Shown here: positions 8,075-19,362 of the stretch, one piece after another
Numbering within the stretch: the stretch's first letter is position 1
Layout of the letters: every line of letters begins with the position of its first letter
Source of the DNA: Octopus bimaculoides
Lineage: Eukaryota
Direction: 5' to 3'
Assembly: GCF_001194135.2 (NCBI RefSeq)
Contig: NC_068996.1
Coordinates: forward strand, 53,828,839 to 53,868,524
DNA length: 39,686 bases
Translations under genes and position numbers: made by a program
The notes under the pieces: generated by a model
The model's database searches: none
Seen by the model: the letters and a program-made list of their open reading frames with translations, nothing else
What the model was told of the DNA's origin: nothing

Positions 8075-10049
8075 TATATATATATATCTAATATATTCGT
8101 TTATAGATTTGGTGGTTACATACCAATTTAGAAATAGAAAATCATTAATTAAAACTATAATTCATTTAAATGTTTATCTTTCCAGAGTCTGAGCAAATAA
8201 GCATCTTCCCTAATTACACCACGATAAATGGTCAAAAAGAATGGCTTAAACCAGTTTGTTTGCATCGGTTCCAAATGTTTTGTATTTCAGCATTTCTTTT
8301 CTCAAAATTACTCTCAAACTACTCATTCATGTGACCCAAGCAGCTGAACATAGGTTTTTCTATTATTATACTTTGGTTTACCTGTGTAAAGGTATGAATA
8401 CCTTTTCACAGAACAACACTCTTATTAACTATCATATTACTGTGGAATTCTAGCTTACTCTGACAACCAGGAATATGAACCAAATTTCCAAGTAGGAATT
8501 ATTAGGTTGTGAGTGTGTTGTTAACTGGAACTATTGAGTTCCTAAAAGTCATTTCTGCTTAAATAGAACAGAATTCCTTAGAGAATTCTTTCATGTATTT
8601 TATATTCAACAATTGTACATGTGAATATACCACAAAACTAACAGCAATTCTTGCTTTATGCTTGGTAGAAAGTTCCTCAACTGTTTCAAAAGTTTTGTTC
8701 GATTTCCTGACTCTTAAGAGTTGAAGTGTTTGAAAGTTGATCTTAAGAAATTATTGTTGTTGTTTAGCTAAAATTCTGCTCTGATTAGCCAAATCTTAGA
8801 ATGTCGGTAATTACTTAAATGACTAGGTATTACCCACAGACCCTAGTAAGCCAAGCGACCATTGTAGAAACTTTTTGTTGATTCATGTTAAAGATTCTGT
8901 TAAACTGCTCAACTGATGACAGCATGGAAAATGAGTGTTAAATGATGAGGATATGTTTGTTGTTGAGTATGATTATTGGCTGCATTTGGTTCTCTGAAGT
9001 TGCTGGTAAGAAAACAGATGGTGGATATGACAGAAATTTTAATTAATTTGGCTGGCTCTATATTTATAGATAGATGATGAAACTAATTATGCAGGAAGAT
9101 GTGACTGTAATGTAATTTCTTTGTAAACTTATGTTTTGTGGTAGTGAGTATGGGTCATGTAGGTAGAAAGATAAAAGGACAGGTGAGATGATTAATCGTT
9201 GTAGTATGGAAAATTGTAGATTCCAGACATGTAAAAAGAAAACTGCAAATGTTTGAAAAATTTATGCAGAGTACCTCTGTTTTCTATCTTTGACTCAGTG
9301 CTCAAGCTAAGACATTTGTGAACCTATGATTTTTGCTTCGTAGGCTTCACAAACGTGTTCTTATATAAATTTCAACTTGCTGTATATTAAACTCAGGTAA
9401 ACTTTTTTTAGTAGCAGATCATATCAGATATTTCTCATCTTAAATCAAGCCACACCACTTAAACAGAAAGTAGAAAACAAGGAACAATATCAAATAACAA
9501 GAAGACAAGCTAGACTTTAGATTCACATGTAGTTTGGACAGAAGCTGAAAATAGGCGGTTTGCCAATGTTTTGTGATGAAAAGGTCATAATTTTATTGCA
9601 AGGTTAAGCACAATTTTGCTGCAAGCTTTAAACCTGGTTTCAAATTTAGGCACAAGGCAAATAATGTTAATGGGAGGGAGCAGAGCTGGATTAAGACCCA
9701 ATTTCCACTTTATTTATATTTGAAAAGTTTCCTCTTATTTTTTTGAATTGCAAAGTCTTTGATCAGATCCCCAAAATTAATTTTAGGTAATACATCTTTA
9801 TCTATACTTAATAGATGTAAAGACATCCTGAATATTAATTCTAGAGAGACAACGTTCTGTTATATGCTTGTTTCATGCTGTATAGTTATAAATGATACAG
9901 TCTGTTGCACGGTTGCTTAGTAACAATGTTGTGGTGTTGTAATGTTGGATGTATGTGGTGTTGATGACAGTCATCATATGGTCTGGCTGGATGCATGCAT
10001 AATAAATGAAACAAACTCACAAACATTTAACATATTTATTGATAGAAGG

Positions 10050-10270
10050 ATTTATTGTATTAGCCACCGAGAAAAGAAAGATGCAGACACCATAAATGCC
10101 TGCTGGGAGGAGAGAAGTGTGCTGTTTCTTGTTGAAGGCTGACTGAGGTACATTGTGTGTGAGTGTTTGAAGTTGTCTTTTGCTTGAGGTGGTGTGCCTG
10201 AATGCTCAAGACAGTCTGCCTGGTGCCCAAGGTTGTCTTGCCTAAGTATCCAAGATGGTCTGTCTGTGAT
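10050..10270 (-). mobile_element. Possible decayed piggyBac-type transposase C-terminus
   Basis: Minus translation RPSWILRQDNLGH resembles the R-x-D-x-x-GH motif preceding the Cys-rich domain. The downstream Cys pattern is only partly recoverable with frameshifts. Confidence 0.3.
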
Positions 10271-11077
10271 TTAGGCACCAAATGGTTTAAGTAAGGTAAA
10301 AAAAGGTTAAATTTTAGAACATCTACATTATGCCACATCTTCGTGCTGATTAGTCAATTTATAGACCAATCACGTGAAACTGTGGTGGCATACTTGTGAC
10401 CCCAAGCTGAATGTATCATGGTTGTGGCTCTGATCCTTACAAGTCCATTATTTTGGAGGTATTAAATGTCAGATATGTTAGCCAACAATTTTCATGCGTG
10501 TTTTGGAAATTTTCTTTTAGTTGGCATTACTAATTACTGAATAATAGAACGTGTTGCAGGATAACCTTTTTGTTCACAATTTTTGATGTACATTTTTATA
10601 TGGCTCAATAAGCAGAAAATTTCAAGTTTTTTTTTTTTATTTTGATGTTAGATATTAGTTATATTTTCAAAATCTCTGTAAAAGTTAGTTTCTCTAATAG
10701 ACCATAATATTTTAACATTTTTAGCTTTGTTTCTTCATTCCAAATATATTCTGAGAGCAAAACTGTTTTACCTATTAAAATCCATGTAGCAGCTACTTAT
10801 GTTGAAATGAATAGATTCCCTTCATGAAGCATCTGATTTTTGGCAATTACCTTCCAATACTGACAGAGAACTGTTCACACTGATATTTAAATTATAATTT
10901 GTGGACATTAACATCATTGGTTACAAGTTGCCAGTGTGCCTATCCCTGATTGGCTGCATGCTGACAGTCAAAGTGATAAGGAAGTGTCACCAGATTCTGC
11001 TTTTTTTTTTTTGGTTGTTTCTTGGTGATATTTATATCCTTTGCCAATAAACGCCAGCAAAAAAATATACACAGACA

Positions 11078-11157
11078 CACACACTCACTCTTTCACACAC
11101 TCACTCTTTCACACACTCACTCTTTCACACACTCACGCTTTCACACACTCACGCTTT
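11078..11157. repeat. 16-bp tandem repeat x5 (CACACACTCAC[T/G]CTTT)
   Basis: Units at 11078, 11094, 11110 (T variant) and 11126, 11142 (G variant). Confidence 0.95.
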
Positions 11158-11370
11158 CACACACACATGCGCAAACACACACACACTCACACACACACAC
11201 TATATGTATATATGAACATACATATGTATCAGTTTTAAGTCTATCTCTACAGATTTTCTGAACTAGCACTGAAAGTTACGAAATTTCATACACAAATATG
11301 TCTCCGTAATAAATTACGGGTGCAAAACAAAATACAGGATCCTTATCAGTAATTAATACACATGTGTATA

Positions 11371-11412
<42 letters not shown>

Positions 11413-11444
11413 CTTGTATGTGTATATATATATATATATATATA

Positions 11445-11523
11445 CACAGGATGCAGCGAATAAACTGTCGTCTAAATTAAGCAAAAATGAAAATAACACT
11501 GACGTCTCATTTTAACAGATATT
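11445..11523 (+). mobile_element. Possible Tc1/mariner-type left end, cut off by a SINE A copy
   Basis: Starts in a (TA)n run with CACAGGATGCAGCGAATAAACTGTCG. Recalled as a mariner-like terminus; no matching right TIR seen. Confidence 0.35.
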
Positions 11524-11880
11524 CTTTTATTCGTTTATCCGTTTCAGTCATTTGACTGCGGCCATGCTGGAGCACTGCCTTTTAGTCTAACAAATCGATC
11601 CCAGGACTTATTCTTTGTAAGCCTAGTACTTAATCTATCTGTCCCCTTTGCTGAACTGCTAAGTTATGAGGACATGAACATACCAGCATTGGTTGTCAAA
11701 CGATGTTGTGGGGTGGGGGGAGACAAACACACACACACACACACACACATGACAGGCTTTTTTCAGTTTCTGTGTGCCAAATCGACTCACAAGGCTTTGG
11801 TTGGCCTGAGGCTATAGTAGAAGGCACTTGCCCATGATGTCACGCAATGGGACTGAACCCAGAACCATGTAGTTACCAAA
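11524..11880 (-). mobile_element. SINE family A, near full length
   Basis: Reverse complement of both head and tail modules with (CA)n in the slot; the 5' end runs into (TA)n. Confidence 0.85.
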
Positions 11881-11884
11881 ATTA

Positions 11885-12034
11885 CATAAATATATATATG
11901 TATATATATATATATACATATGTATATATACATATATATACACATGTATATATATATGCATATGTATATACATACATATGTATGTATATATATGTATGTA
12001 CATATATATATGTATATATATACATATGTATATA

Positions 12035-12091
<57 letters not shown>

Positions 12092-12190
12092 NNNNNNNNN
12101 NNNNNNNNNNNNNNNNNNNNNNNNNNNNNNNNNNNNNNNNNNNNNNNNNNNNNNNNNNNNNNNNNNNNNNNNNNNNNNNNNNNNNNNNNN

Positions 12191-12227
<37 letters not shown>
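11885..12227. repeat. (TA)n-rich compound microsatellite spanning an N-gap
   Basis: Directly visible. Confidence 0.95.
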
Positions 12228-12233
<6 letters not shown>

Positions 12234-12331
12234 AAATAAGTGTCCACCGACCAAAAAGATTTTATCAGATGATTGAAATATAAACATACACACACTTACA
12301 CATATGCATATATATATATACATATGTATAT

Positions 12332-12478
12332 ACGATGGGCGTCTTTGAGTTTCTGTCGACCAAATCCACTCACAAGGCTTCGGTTGGCCTGAGGCTACAG
12401 TAGAAGACACTTGCCCCAGGTGCCATGCAGTGGTACTGAACCCAGAACTATGTGGTTTGGAAGCAAGCTGCACACATG
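12332..12478 (-). mobile_element. SINE family A, head-only copy
   Basis: CCAAATCCACTCACAAGGC...TAGAAGACACTTGCCC...GAACCCAGAACTATGTGGTTTGGAAGCAAGC. Confidence 0.85.
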
Positions 12479-13547
12479 CACACAAACACACACACATATA
12501 TATCTGCATATGCATACCCACCCATACCCACATATATATGCACACACCCACACTTGTGTGTGGGTGTGCATGCAGGCATGTTTATGTGTTTGCGTGGATA
12601 TACACAAACTTACACACACGTATATATATATATGAATTTTCACAGTTTCTGTTTACCAAATTCTATTGAGGCTGTGGTGAAATCCATTTGTCCATGATAT
12701 CATTCAGTGAGATTCAACTCAGATCCCTGTTGTTGAAAAATAAACTCTGTGCTCTTGTAAGACATGTCTACAAGTTTTTTTTGTTTCCACAGCTTGCCAC
12801 AAATCATAGATTATAAGAATGAAGAAAGTTTTTCATGAAATAAAGGCTTCACTGATATGTGATATGTTGAGATAATGCCATATAACACTCTCTTAAGAAA
12901 AATATGCAAGAAAAACTTATCAAAGACACTTTAAAAGATCTGCCTCATTCATTCACAACACATCTGGTTTTTCTGTCAGTTGTTCAGACTAATAAATTCT
13001 TAAAAGGAAATAAAAAAAAAAACAACCTCTACAAGTATTTGTTCAGACTAATTTACTCTTAAAACAGTTTAAATTTCAACACCCACCCACACCACTTAGC
13101 CAACATTCATTTTCACGTTCCACATTTGGATATCTGGTTACATTCAATAATACAAATCTCATTATTTCCCCTACATCTAGTAGAATTGTTTGTATCTATG
13201 AGAAGAAATGCTGTTCTGTGAAGCACAGTTTTTCTGGCCTCTCATCAAACTCACCCTGCCATCACTAATAGATTGAATCTGTCTTTTCTATCAAAATCAG
13301 TCATATTCATTTGCAGACATTTGCCATCAGATTCAGACTATTTTCATCTTAAGATTTAGCTAAGCAGGGGATTGGAAGAAGTGGTTGAGCATTGGACAAA
13401 CTACCTGCATGTATCGTTATAGTTCTTTATTCTCTTTTTTTTGGAATATCTCAGAATACACACATGAATCTGTAGCATGTAAATATTGGGTTGACAGATG
13501 TCTGAGGCTGTCCAAAGGGTTTTTCAAAACAATATTTATATGATAAT

Positions 13548-13754
13548 GGTTTCAAATTTTAGCCCAAGGCCAGCAAGATGGTGGCCAAGTCAATTACATC
13601 GACCCCAGTACACAACAGGTACTTAATTTATCGACGGCAGAAGGATGAAAAGCAAAGTCAACCTCGGCAGAATTAGAACTCAGAACGAAAAGACAGACAA
13701 AATGCTACTAAGCATTTTGCCTGGCATGCTAATGATTCTGCTGGTTTGCCACCT
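13548..13754 (-). mobile_element. SINE family C
   Basis: ATCGACCCCAGTA...GGATGAAAAGCAAAGTCAACCTCGGCAGAATTAGAACTCAGAAC is the reverse complement of family C. Confidence 0.85.
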
Positions 13755-13765
13755 TATTTATATAA

Positions 13766-13882
13766 GGAGTGGCGGTGAGGTAAAATAGCTTGCTTACTAA
13801 CCACATGGTTCCGGGATCTGTCTCACTGTGTGGCACTGTGGGCAAGTGTTTCTACTATAGCTTTGGGTCGACTAAATCCTTC
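13766..13882 (+). mobile_element. SINE family A, head-only copy followed by (TA)n(CA)n
   Basis: AGCTTGCTTACTAACCACATGGTTCCGGG...GGGCAAGTGTTTCTACTATAGC. Confidence 0.8.
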
Positions 13883-13902
13883 TTGTATATATATATATAT
13901 AT

Positions 13903-13987
<85 letters not shown>

Positions 13988-14002
13988 CATTAAATAATAT
14001 TA

Positions 14003-14037
<35 letters not shown>

Positions 14038-14233
14038 CTTTATTGCTTTTCAAATAGTTATATTTTAATCCAACTTTATTGATTCATATTGAAACTGAAA
14101 TGGAATAATTATAATTAGGTTATTTAAAAAATCTTTGATATTTAATAGTGCATTAATTTACATCATATATATGTTAATAACATGCATGCACACATACATA
14201 CACATACATTCATATACATGTGTGTGTATAATT

Positions 14234-14600
14234 AATTTAGCAAAAACCAAAGTACTGGTAAGTAGGAAAGCAGACATATTACTAATCCCTTCAGGGAAAT
14301 GGCCCTGTTAGATATGTAGAAAAGGTGTAGGTAGAAATTCTATACAGTGTACCCGGTGCAAGCTAAGGACACATAAGAGGTGCAGTGGTATCGCAGGAAG
14401 ATTAAGAGAGAAAGTAGTCTTTGAGTGTAGCAGATGTGCAAGAACAATAAACATAAAGAACACATAGGAAGTAAGATTTCCTGCAATGTCCAGGAAGATC
14501 CTTAGAAGTAGTTTCTGTTTCATAGGTGACCTAATTAGCAGCGGGGAAGGATACTCTGAAAGTATAGTTGCTAGAATAAGAACTGGTTGTAGAAAATTCA
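14234..14600 (+). mobile_element. RTE-clade LINE fragment (post-RT Cys-rich region)
   Basis: One frame from 14234: NLAKTKVLVSRKADILLIPSGKWPC*ICRKGVGRNSIQCTRCKLRTHKRCSGIAGRL...FECSRCA...SFCFIGDLISSGEGYSESIVARIRTG, with internal stops. Confidence 0.85.
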
Positions 14601-14635
14601 GTCGTTAACCCATTATTTCGCAGTTATGGCAGATA

Positions 14636-14694
14636 CCAGTGTCACGCAAATGGCACCCGTGCCAATGGCACATAAGAGCACCCATTACACTCTC
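14636..14694 (+). mobile_element. SINE family B 5'/middle fragment
   Basis: GGCACATAAGAGCACCCATTACACTCTC matches 30546-30577 and 33850-33880. Confidence 0.65.
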
Positions 14695-14930
14695 ATGCAA
14701 TACTTTTTATTTCATGTTGCTCCTGTACACTCAGCTGGCAAAAATGAGTTGTACCTGTAATTTCCAAGGGCCAGCCATGCCACGTTCTGTGTAATGTTGA
14801 ATCTTGCTGAAAACTACATTGAAGGTAAACATGTCTGTGGAGTGCTCAGCCACATGCACATTGATTTCACAAACGGTCTGTTGGTTGAACAGCTGAAACA
14901 CCCGTTATTATAACTGATGGCATGCCAGGG
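14695..14930 (+). mobile_element. SINE family D body/tail
   Basis: ATTTCATGTTGCTCCTGTACACTCAGCTGGCAAAAATGAGT matches the reverse complement of 23674-23720; the tail ...TGCTCAGCCACATGCACATT matches about 23090-23115. Confidence 0.65.
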
Positions 14931-15402
14931 TGTGTGTGTATATATACATATATATATATATATANNNNNNNNNNNNNNNNNNNNNNNNNNNNNNNNNNNN
15001 NNNNNNNNNNNNNNNNNNNNNNNNNNNNNNNNNNNNNNNNNNNNNNNNNGTATATATGTATCCAAAATTAGAGAGTTAGCTAGGAAACATATGTAGCCTA
15101 GATTTTATTTACTCCATTCCCTAATTCTGGGATTTCTATTCCCATACACACCCATCCCAGTTGCTAACCATGAACTAAAAAATAACTTTTTTTCAACTTC
15201 TCAAACTTTGATATAGGAAAAACTTTTTAACCTTCTCCATCAGTAAACCACTATTCTTCCTGAAAGTTGCTTTTTTTTTTATACCTTTTATGGATTGCTT
15301 GCAGCTTATTAACTTCCTACACCTTGATCCTTAGATTTTACCATTACATATTGCTATACATATGTGTGTGTGTATGTAATCAACAGTAACTCGGGGTTAA
15401 AC

Positions 15403-15466
<64 letters not shown>

Positions 15467-15530
15467 TATTCATCAACACACATGCACACTCAAACTCATT
15501 TACACTATTTCTGAATTTGATTATCTAACT

Positions 15531-15735
15531 CAGTGATTCTCAGCTGGGGTCCAAATAACCCTTGGAGAGTCACATAACCCTTGGAGAGTCACATGACCCT
15601 TGAAGAAGAGTCACATGACCCTTGAAGAAGAGTCACATGACCCTTGGGAATCCATATAACATTTTGCAATAAAATTGGTTATATTTCTGCAATGTACAAA
15701 ATATTAAAAAATTTTTTTAATACAATTCCTAATAA
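15531..15735 (+). mobile_element. hAT-Charlie-type MITE left part with internal 19-22-bp tandem amplification
   Basis: Starts CAGTGATTCTCAGCTGGGGTCC (cf. 23151 CAGTAGTTCTCAACTGGGTCC). AT(A/G)ACCCTTG..AGAGTCAC occurs about 4.5 times at 15555-15649. Confidence 0.65.
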
Positions 15736-15744
15736 TCCCCTTTT

Positions 15745-15895
15745 TCTATAAGCTTGAAATCTTGTGGGAGGGGACTAGACAATTACATCGACCCCAGTGT
15801 TTCACCATTACTTAATTTATTGTCCCCAAAAGGATGAAAGGCAAAGTTGACCTTGGTGGAATTTGAACTCAGAACAGGCGAAATACCACTTAGGA
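15745..15895 (-). mobile_element. SINE family C, 5'-truncated
   Basis: ATCGACCCCAGTG...GGATGAAAGGCAAAGTTGACCTTGGTGGAATTTGAACTCAGAAC. Confidence 0.8.
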
Positions 15896-15899
15896 ATCA

Positions 15900-16090
15900 A
15901 CGGGCTCTGTAGGGATCAAAATGGCTGTACATCCAGCGAAGCATACCGGGTTCATTTCTCTCAAGCCTATGCATTTCCTCGGCTGATGCAGCCCATGCTT
16001 CACTGCCATGTAGCATAGCTATTCCTACCAGGCATCATACAATCTACCATTCACTCTGAGAGAGAGGCTCCGAGGAGTAAAATAGGGATG
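15900..16090 (-). mobile_element. RTE LINE C-terminal fragment
   Basis: Minus translation SLRVNGRLYDA(fs)AMLHGSEAWAASAEEMHRLERNEPGMLRWM. Confidence 0.8.
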
Positions 16091-16119
16091 AAATGTCAGG
16101 GTGAACCTTTAGAGTACAA

Positions 16120-16790
16120 GAAAGTGAGTGTTAAGGGGAAAAACAAAAAGTGAAGTGGAATGGTTGAGGTTGCAAAAGTGTGGGATGGTTAGAGATGGGG
16201 AGAAGTGGAGGGGGAAATGTAATCAAAAGCAAGAATTGAGGAGAGGTTGATAATAGATAGATGGAAGTAAGGTAGGAAGAGTAGGTGATGACTGTAAAGA
16301 TTGGAAAGGGTTGAGAGGTGAAAGTAGTGAATGCTGGAAGGATGACTGATGATACAAATGAAATGGGAAAAGAGAAGATGACTAGACAGATCAGAAGTGA
16401 GTGAGAAATAGCAAAATAGTAATAATATAGCAGACAGAGGAAAAATGAGAGGGAGATAACATGTGCATGGGTAGGTTGTATGAAAGTGAAGGGAGAGGTA
16501 GATGTACTGCTGAGGTAGACGTATGTTGGTTGAGAAGGAGAGGTAATTTCATAACATAGGAATGTGATCAGTGGAAAATGTGAGTGGAGAGGGACATTAT
16601 GAATTATGGAAGATGCTTAGTTAAGTAGTTGAGGTAAATGAGAAAGACAACTGATATTAGAGAAATAGATGCAGTCTGCAGTTATGAAAGTAATGGTTGG
16701 GGCAGTGATAAAGAGATGATGGGTGGTGAAGAAGGTTTGAGGAGGAAATTGGGTGAGGTGTGCATATCATAGGCAATTTCTACAAATTGG
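16120..16790. repeat. Purine-rich (GA-rich on +) low-complexity segment
   Basis: Strong A/G skew over about 670 nt between two RTE pieces; no convincing translation. Confidence 0.6.
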
Positions 16791-16902
16791 GTAAGGTTAT
16801 TTCTCTGATGGAAGCAGAGATTCATCTGTTTCCCTTCTTACTAAAGCTTGCTAGTTGACTTTAAGGCTCTTTGATTACAGGTTTTTGTTTTCACACCTGG
16901 AA

Positions 16903-17411
16903 TTTTATTTCTAGCTACCTGATATAATTCTCTGCTGCCTCTATTCTTCCAATTTTTCCAAGCCCATCACTTCATTTTTTATAGTCCTATCTGCCTTATT
17001 ACTGTTCCACCATGTCATCTTTGGTCTGGATGTAACATTACACTAGCCACAGTTTTGGCCTGCAACCCTTAGCAGGTTGTCCCCTGGGAGCTGCCAGTTA
17101 TCCTCTATGTTAAACATGTCTCTCACTTCCTCTTTTTCATCAAATATTTCAGCTTGTATTTCTTCAAATTTCTGACTGATCGTTGGATCTTTAGCTTCCA
17201 TATCCTCTTTTTCCAAACAGGTTTGTCTCAGAATCCTTTTAACTCTAATTCTGAAGACACTAACCACTAACTTATGTTGGGTTGTACATTCTTCACATGC
17301 CAAGGATTTTGCATTTAGAAGAATCTGTATATCCTGTTTTCTGGAGACAATCTAGTTAATCTTGTTTGTATGGCCACCAGATTGATAGGTGATCAAGTGA
17401 CTGACTAGTTT
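16903..17411 (-). mobile_element. RTE LINE fragment (end of APE endonuclease and linker)
   Basis: KLVSHLITYQSGGHTNKIN*IVSRKQ...EECTTQHKLVVSVFRIRVKR...EDNWQLPGDNLLRVAGQNCG*CNVTSRPKMTWWN...WAWKNWKNRGSRELYQVAR; includes ORF 17043-17303. Confidence 0.85.
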
Positions 17412-17599
17412 CTAGCATGTCTTGAACAATTAAAGTTGTACATAATTAATTATAAACGAAACAGATAAGTTCCAAATCTTTTGTGTACACTGAAACAAAG
17501 CCTAAATGAATAAAATTCTAGTAAAGACAAAACAATTACCAAAGTAATTTGTTTGTAGAATATTTGACAAGAAAGAGTAAGAGAGAGATATGTCTAACA

Positions 17600-17756
17600 G
17601 AGGATAAATGGAAGTTCCTAGGGGACAGCCTACCAAGGGTTGCAGACAAAAACTGTGACTAGGGCAAAGTTTCAAACAGACTCAAAGATGATGTAGTGGT
17701 GGAACAGTGAGGTTAGTAGGGTTAAAAAAGCGAAGAGATGGGCTTGGAAAGATTTG
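17600..17756 (+). mobile_element. RTE LINE linker fragment, inverted homolog of 16950-17105
   Basis: EDKWKFLGDSLPRVADKNCD*...WWNSEV...KRWAWKD. Confidence 0.75.
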
Positions 17757-18091
17757 TTTGTGGTCATCAAAAGCCATGTACAAAATAATATTTGAAGTGT
17801 AAAGGACTGGCAGGATCGACAGAGAGTCTTGGAATAGCTTAGTTTAGTACTTTCCATGTCCTGTTTCAAATCATGTTATAATCACCCTTTTATGAGCAGC
17901 AATAACCGGAGCCAATCTTCCTTGTCTAAACTCTTCTCTGAAATTGAAGACTTGTGGCCATGTTAAATTAATATCTACAATAGGGTAAATTTACTTGTAG
18001 GTAACGTTTTAATTTCTGTAACATTTTAATTTGTCAAAGCAACATGTTTCCTTTAATGAATACATTTTATCGACACAGCTGTGTCAAATTT

Positions 18092-18290
18092 TTAGCAAGC
18101 TGCCAGAATTGTTAGCATGTTGCACAAAATGCTCAGCAGCATTTCTTCTTGTTCTTTATGTTCTGAGTTCAAATAGCGCTGAGGTCAACTTTACCTTTCA
18201 TCCTTTCGGAGTTCGATTAAATAAGTGTTAGTTGTAATCGATTCCAAAATTGCTGCCCTTGTGGCAAAATATGAAACTGCTATTATTATT
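18092..18290 (+). mobile_element. SINE family C (diverged)
   Basis: GCTGCCAGAATTGTTAGC...GTTCTGAGTTCAAATAGCGCTGAGGTCAACTTTACCTTTCATCCTTTCGG. Confidence 0.8.
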
Positions 18291-18311
18291 ATTGAACACA
18301 ACTGTAATATC

Positions 18312-18524
18312 CTTTCTCCTGTAGGCACAAGGCCAGGAATTCTGGGGGATGGAGATAGTTGATTAGATCGACCTCAGTGTTACACTGGTACTTAGTTTAT
18401 CGACTCTGAAAGGATGAAAGGCAAAGTTGACCTTGATGGTATTCGAACTCAGAACATAAAGACACACGAAATACCGCTAAACATTTCGCCCAGCGTGCTA
18501 ACGTTCCTGCCAGCTCGCCACCTT
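18312..18524 (-). mobile_element. SINE family C, full length
   Basis: Ends ...CATTTCGCCCAGCGTGCTAACGTTCCTGCCAGCTCGCCACC, the reverse complement of the family C head. Confidence 0.9.
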
Positions 18525-19158
18525 CAACACAAAACTATAATATCAAGTATGTTCATACTCAGCTTTAGAAGCTTTGATTGAGCAGACCTATGAACAAAAC
18601 CATTCCATTCACAGCAATCTTCTCTTATGTTTTTAGACGTAACACACCCAGAACTACATTATTCGATATCGTTATCCCTTTTTAAGATACTAAGATATTT
18701 AGCCATTATTTCTAGCAGATTGAATTTCTACGTAAGATACACGTTGAAGCTGTCACAGGGACATAACTCTATTAAAGAAAATCAGTTATTTCCCTTATTA
18801 TGTTCTAATCTAGGATTAAAGAGTGACTTAGCTCCGCAACATTAATCCTCCCAGTTCTGATACTCTTGTGACATTACGCGAGATTCAACATTACCTAACC
18901 TTTTTATAGATCATCTAAAATTAGGAACAGTTCACTCTAATTGCTATTATCGACTTCTCTCAATAGATACTCATAAAATTATTTTTTCTCGTGCACCCTA
19001 ATATAAATACCTACACAGATATACACACAATCATACATAATACATACAGCAAACACATGTATGCATATATGTACACACATATATATTACATACATGCATA
19101 CAAATGTACATGTGCACATACATACATACATACATACATACATACATACATACACACA

Positions 19159-19362
19159 CTTTTCTATTCTAGGTACAAGGCTCAAAATTGTTGTGGAGTG
19201 GGGGCAGTCGATTAGATCGACCCCAGTACGCAACTGGTACTTAATTTATCGATCCCGAAAGGATCAAAGGCAAAGTTGACCTCAGTTGAATTCTCACTCA
19301 GAATGATATACCGCTAAGCATTTCGCCCAGCGTGCTAATGTTTCTGCCAGATGGTCGCCTTC
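19159..19362 (-). mobile_element. SINE family C, full length, inside a (TACA)-type array
   Basis: GATTAGATCGACCCCAGTACGCAACTGGTACTTAATTTATCGATCCCGAAAGG...GCATTTCGCCCAGCGTGCTAA. Confidence 0.9.

Noticed and set aside
8186-8391. Acceptor at 8185 (KSEQISIFPNYTTINGQKEWLKP...) and donor AAG|GTATGA at 8392
   Set aside because: No single frame is open between them and there is no good donor in the first frame. Not excluded, but unsupported without RNA data.
9344-9396. 53-nt exon candidate (TAG|...CAG|GTAAAC)
   Set aside because: It has a stop in the phase-1 frame required by the flanking exons and would shift the frame.
14241-14263. AG...GTAAGT 17-nt exon candidate
   Set aside because: It lies in frame within the RTE fragment (AKTKVLVSRK) and is not a multiple of 3.
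17985-18006. TTACTTGTAG|GTAACG as a recursive splice site
   Set aside because: Short pyrimidine tract and imperfect donor; expected by chance in 40 kb.
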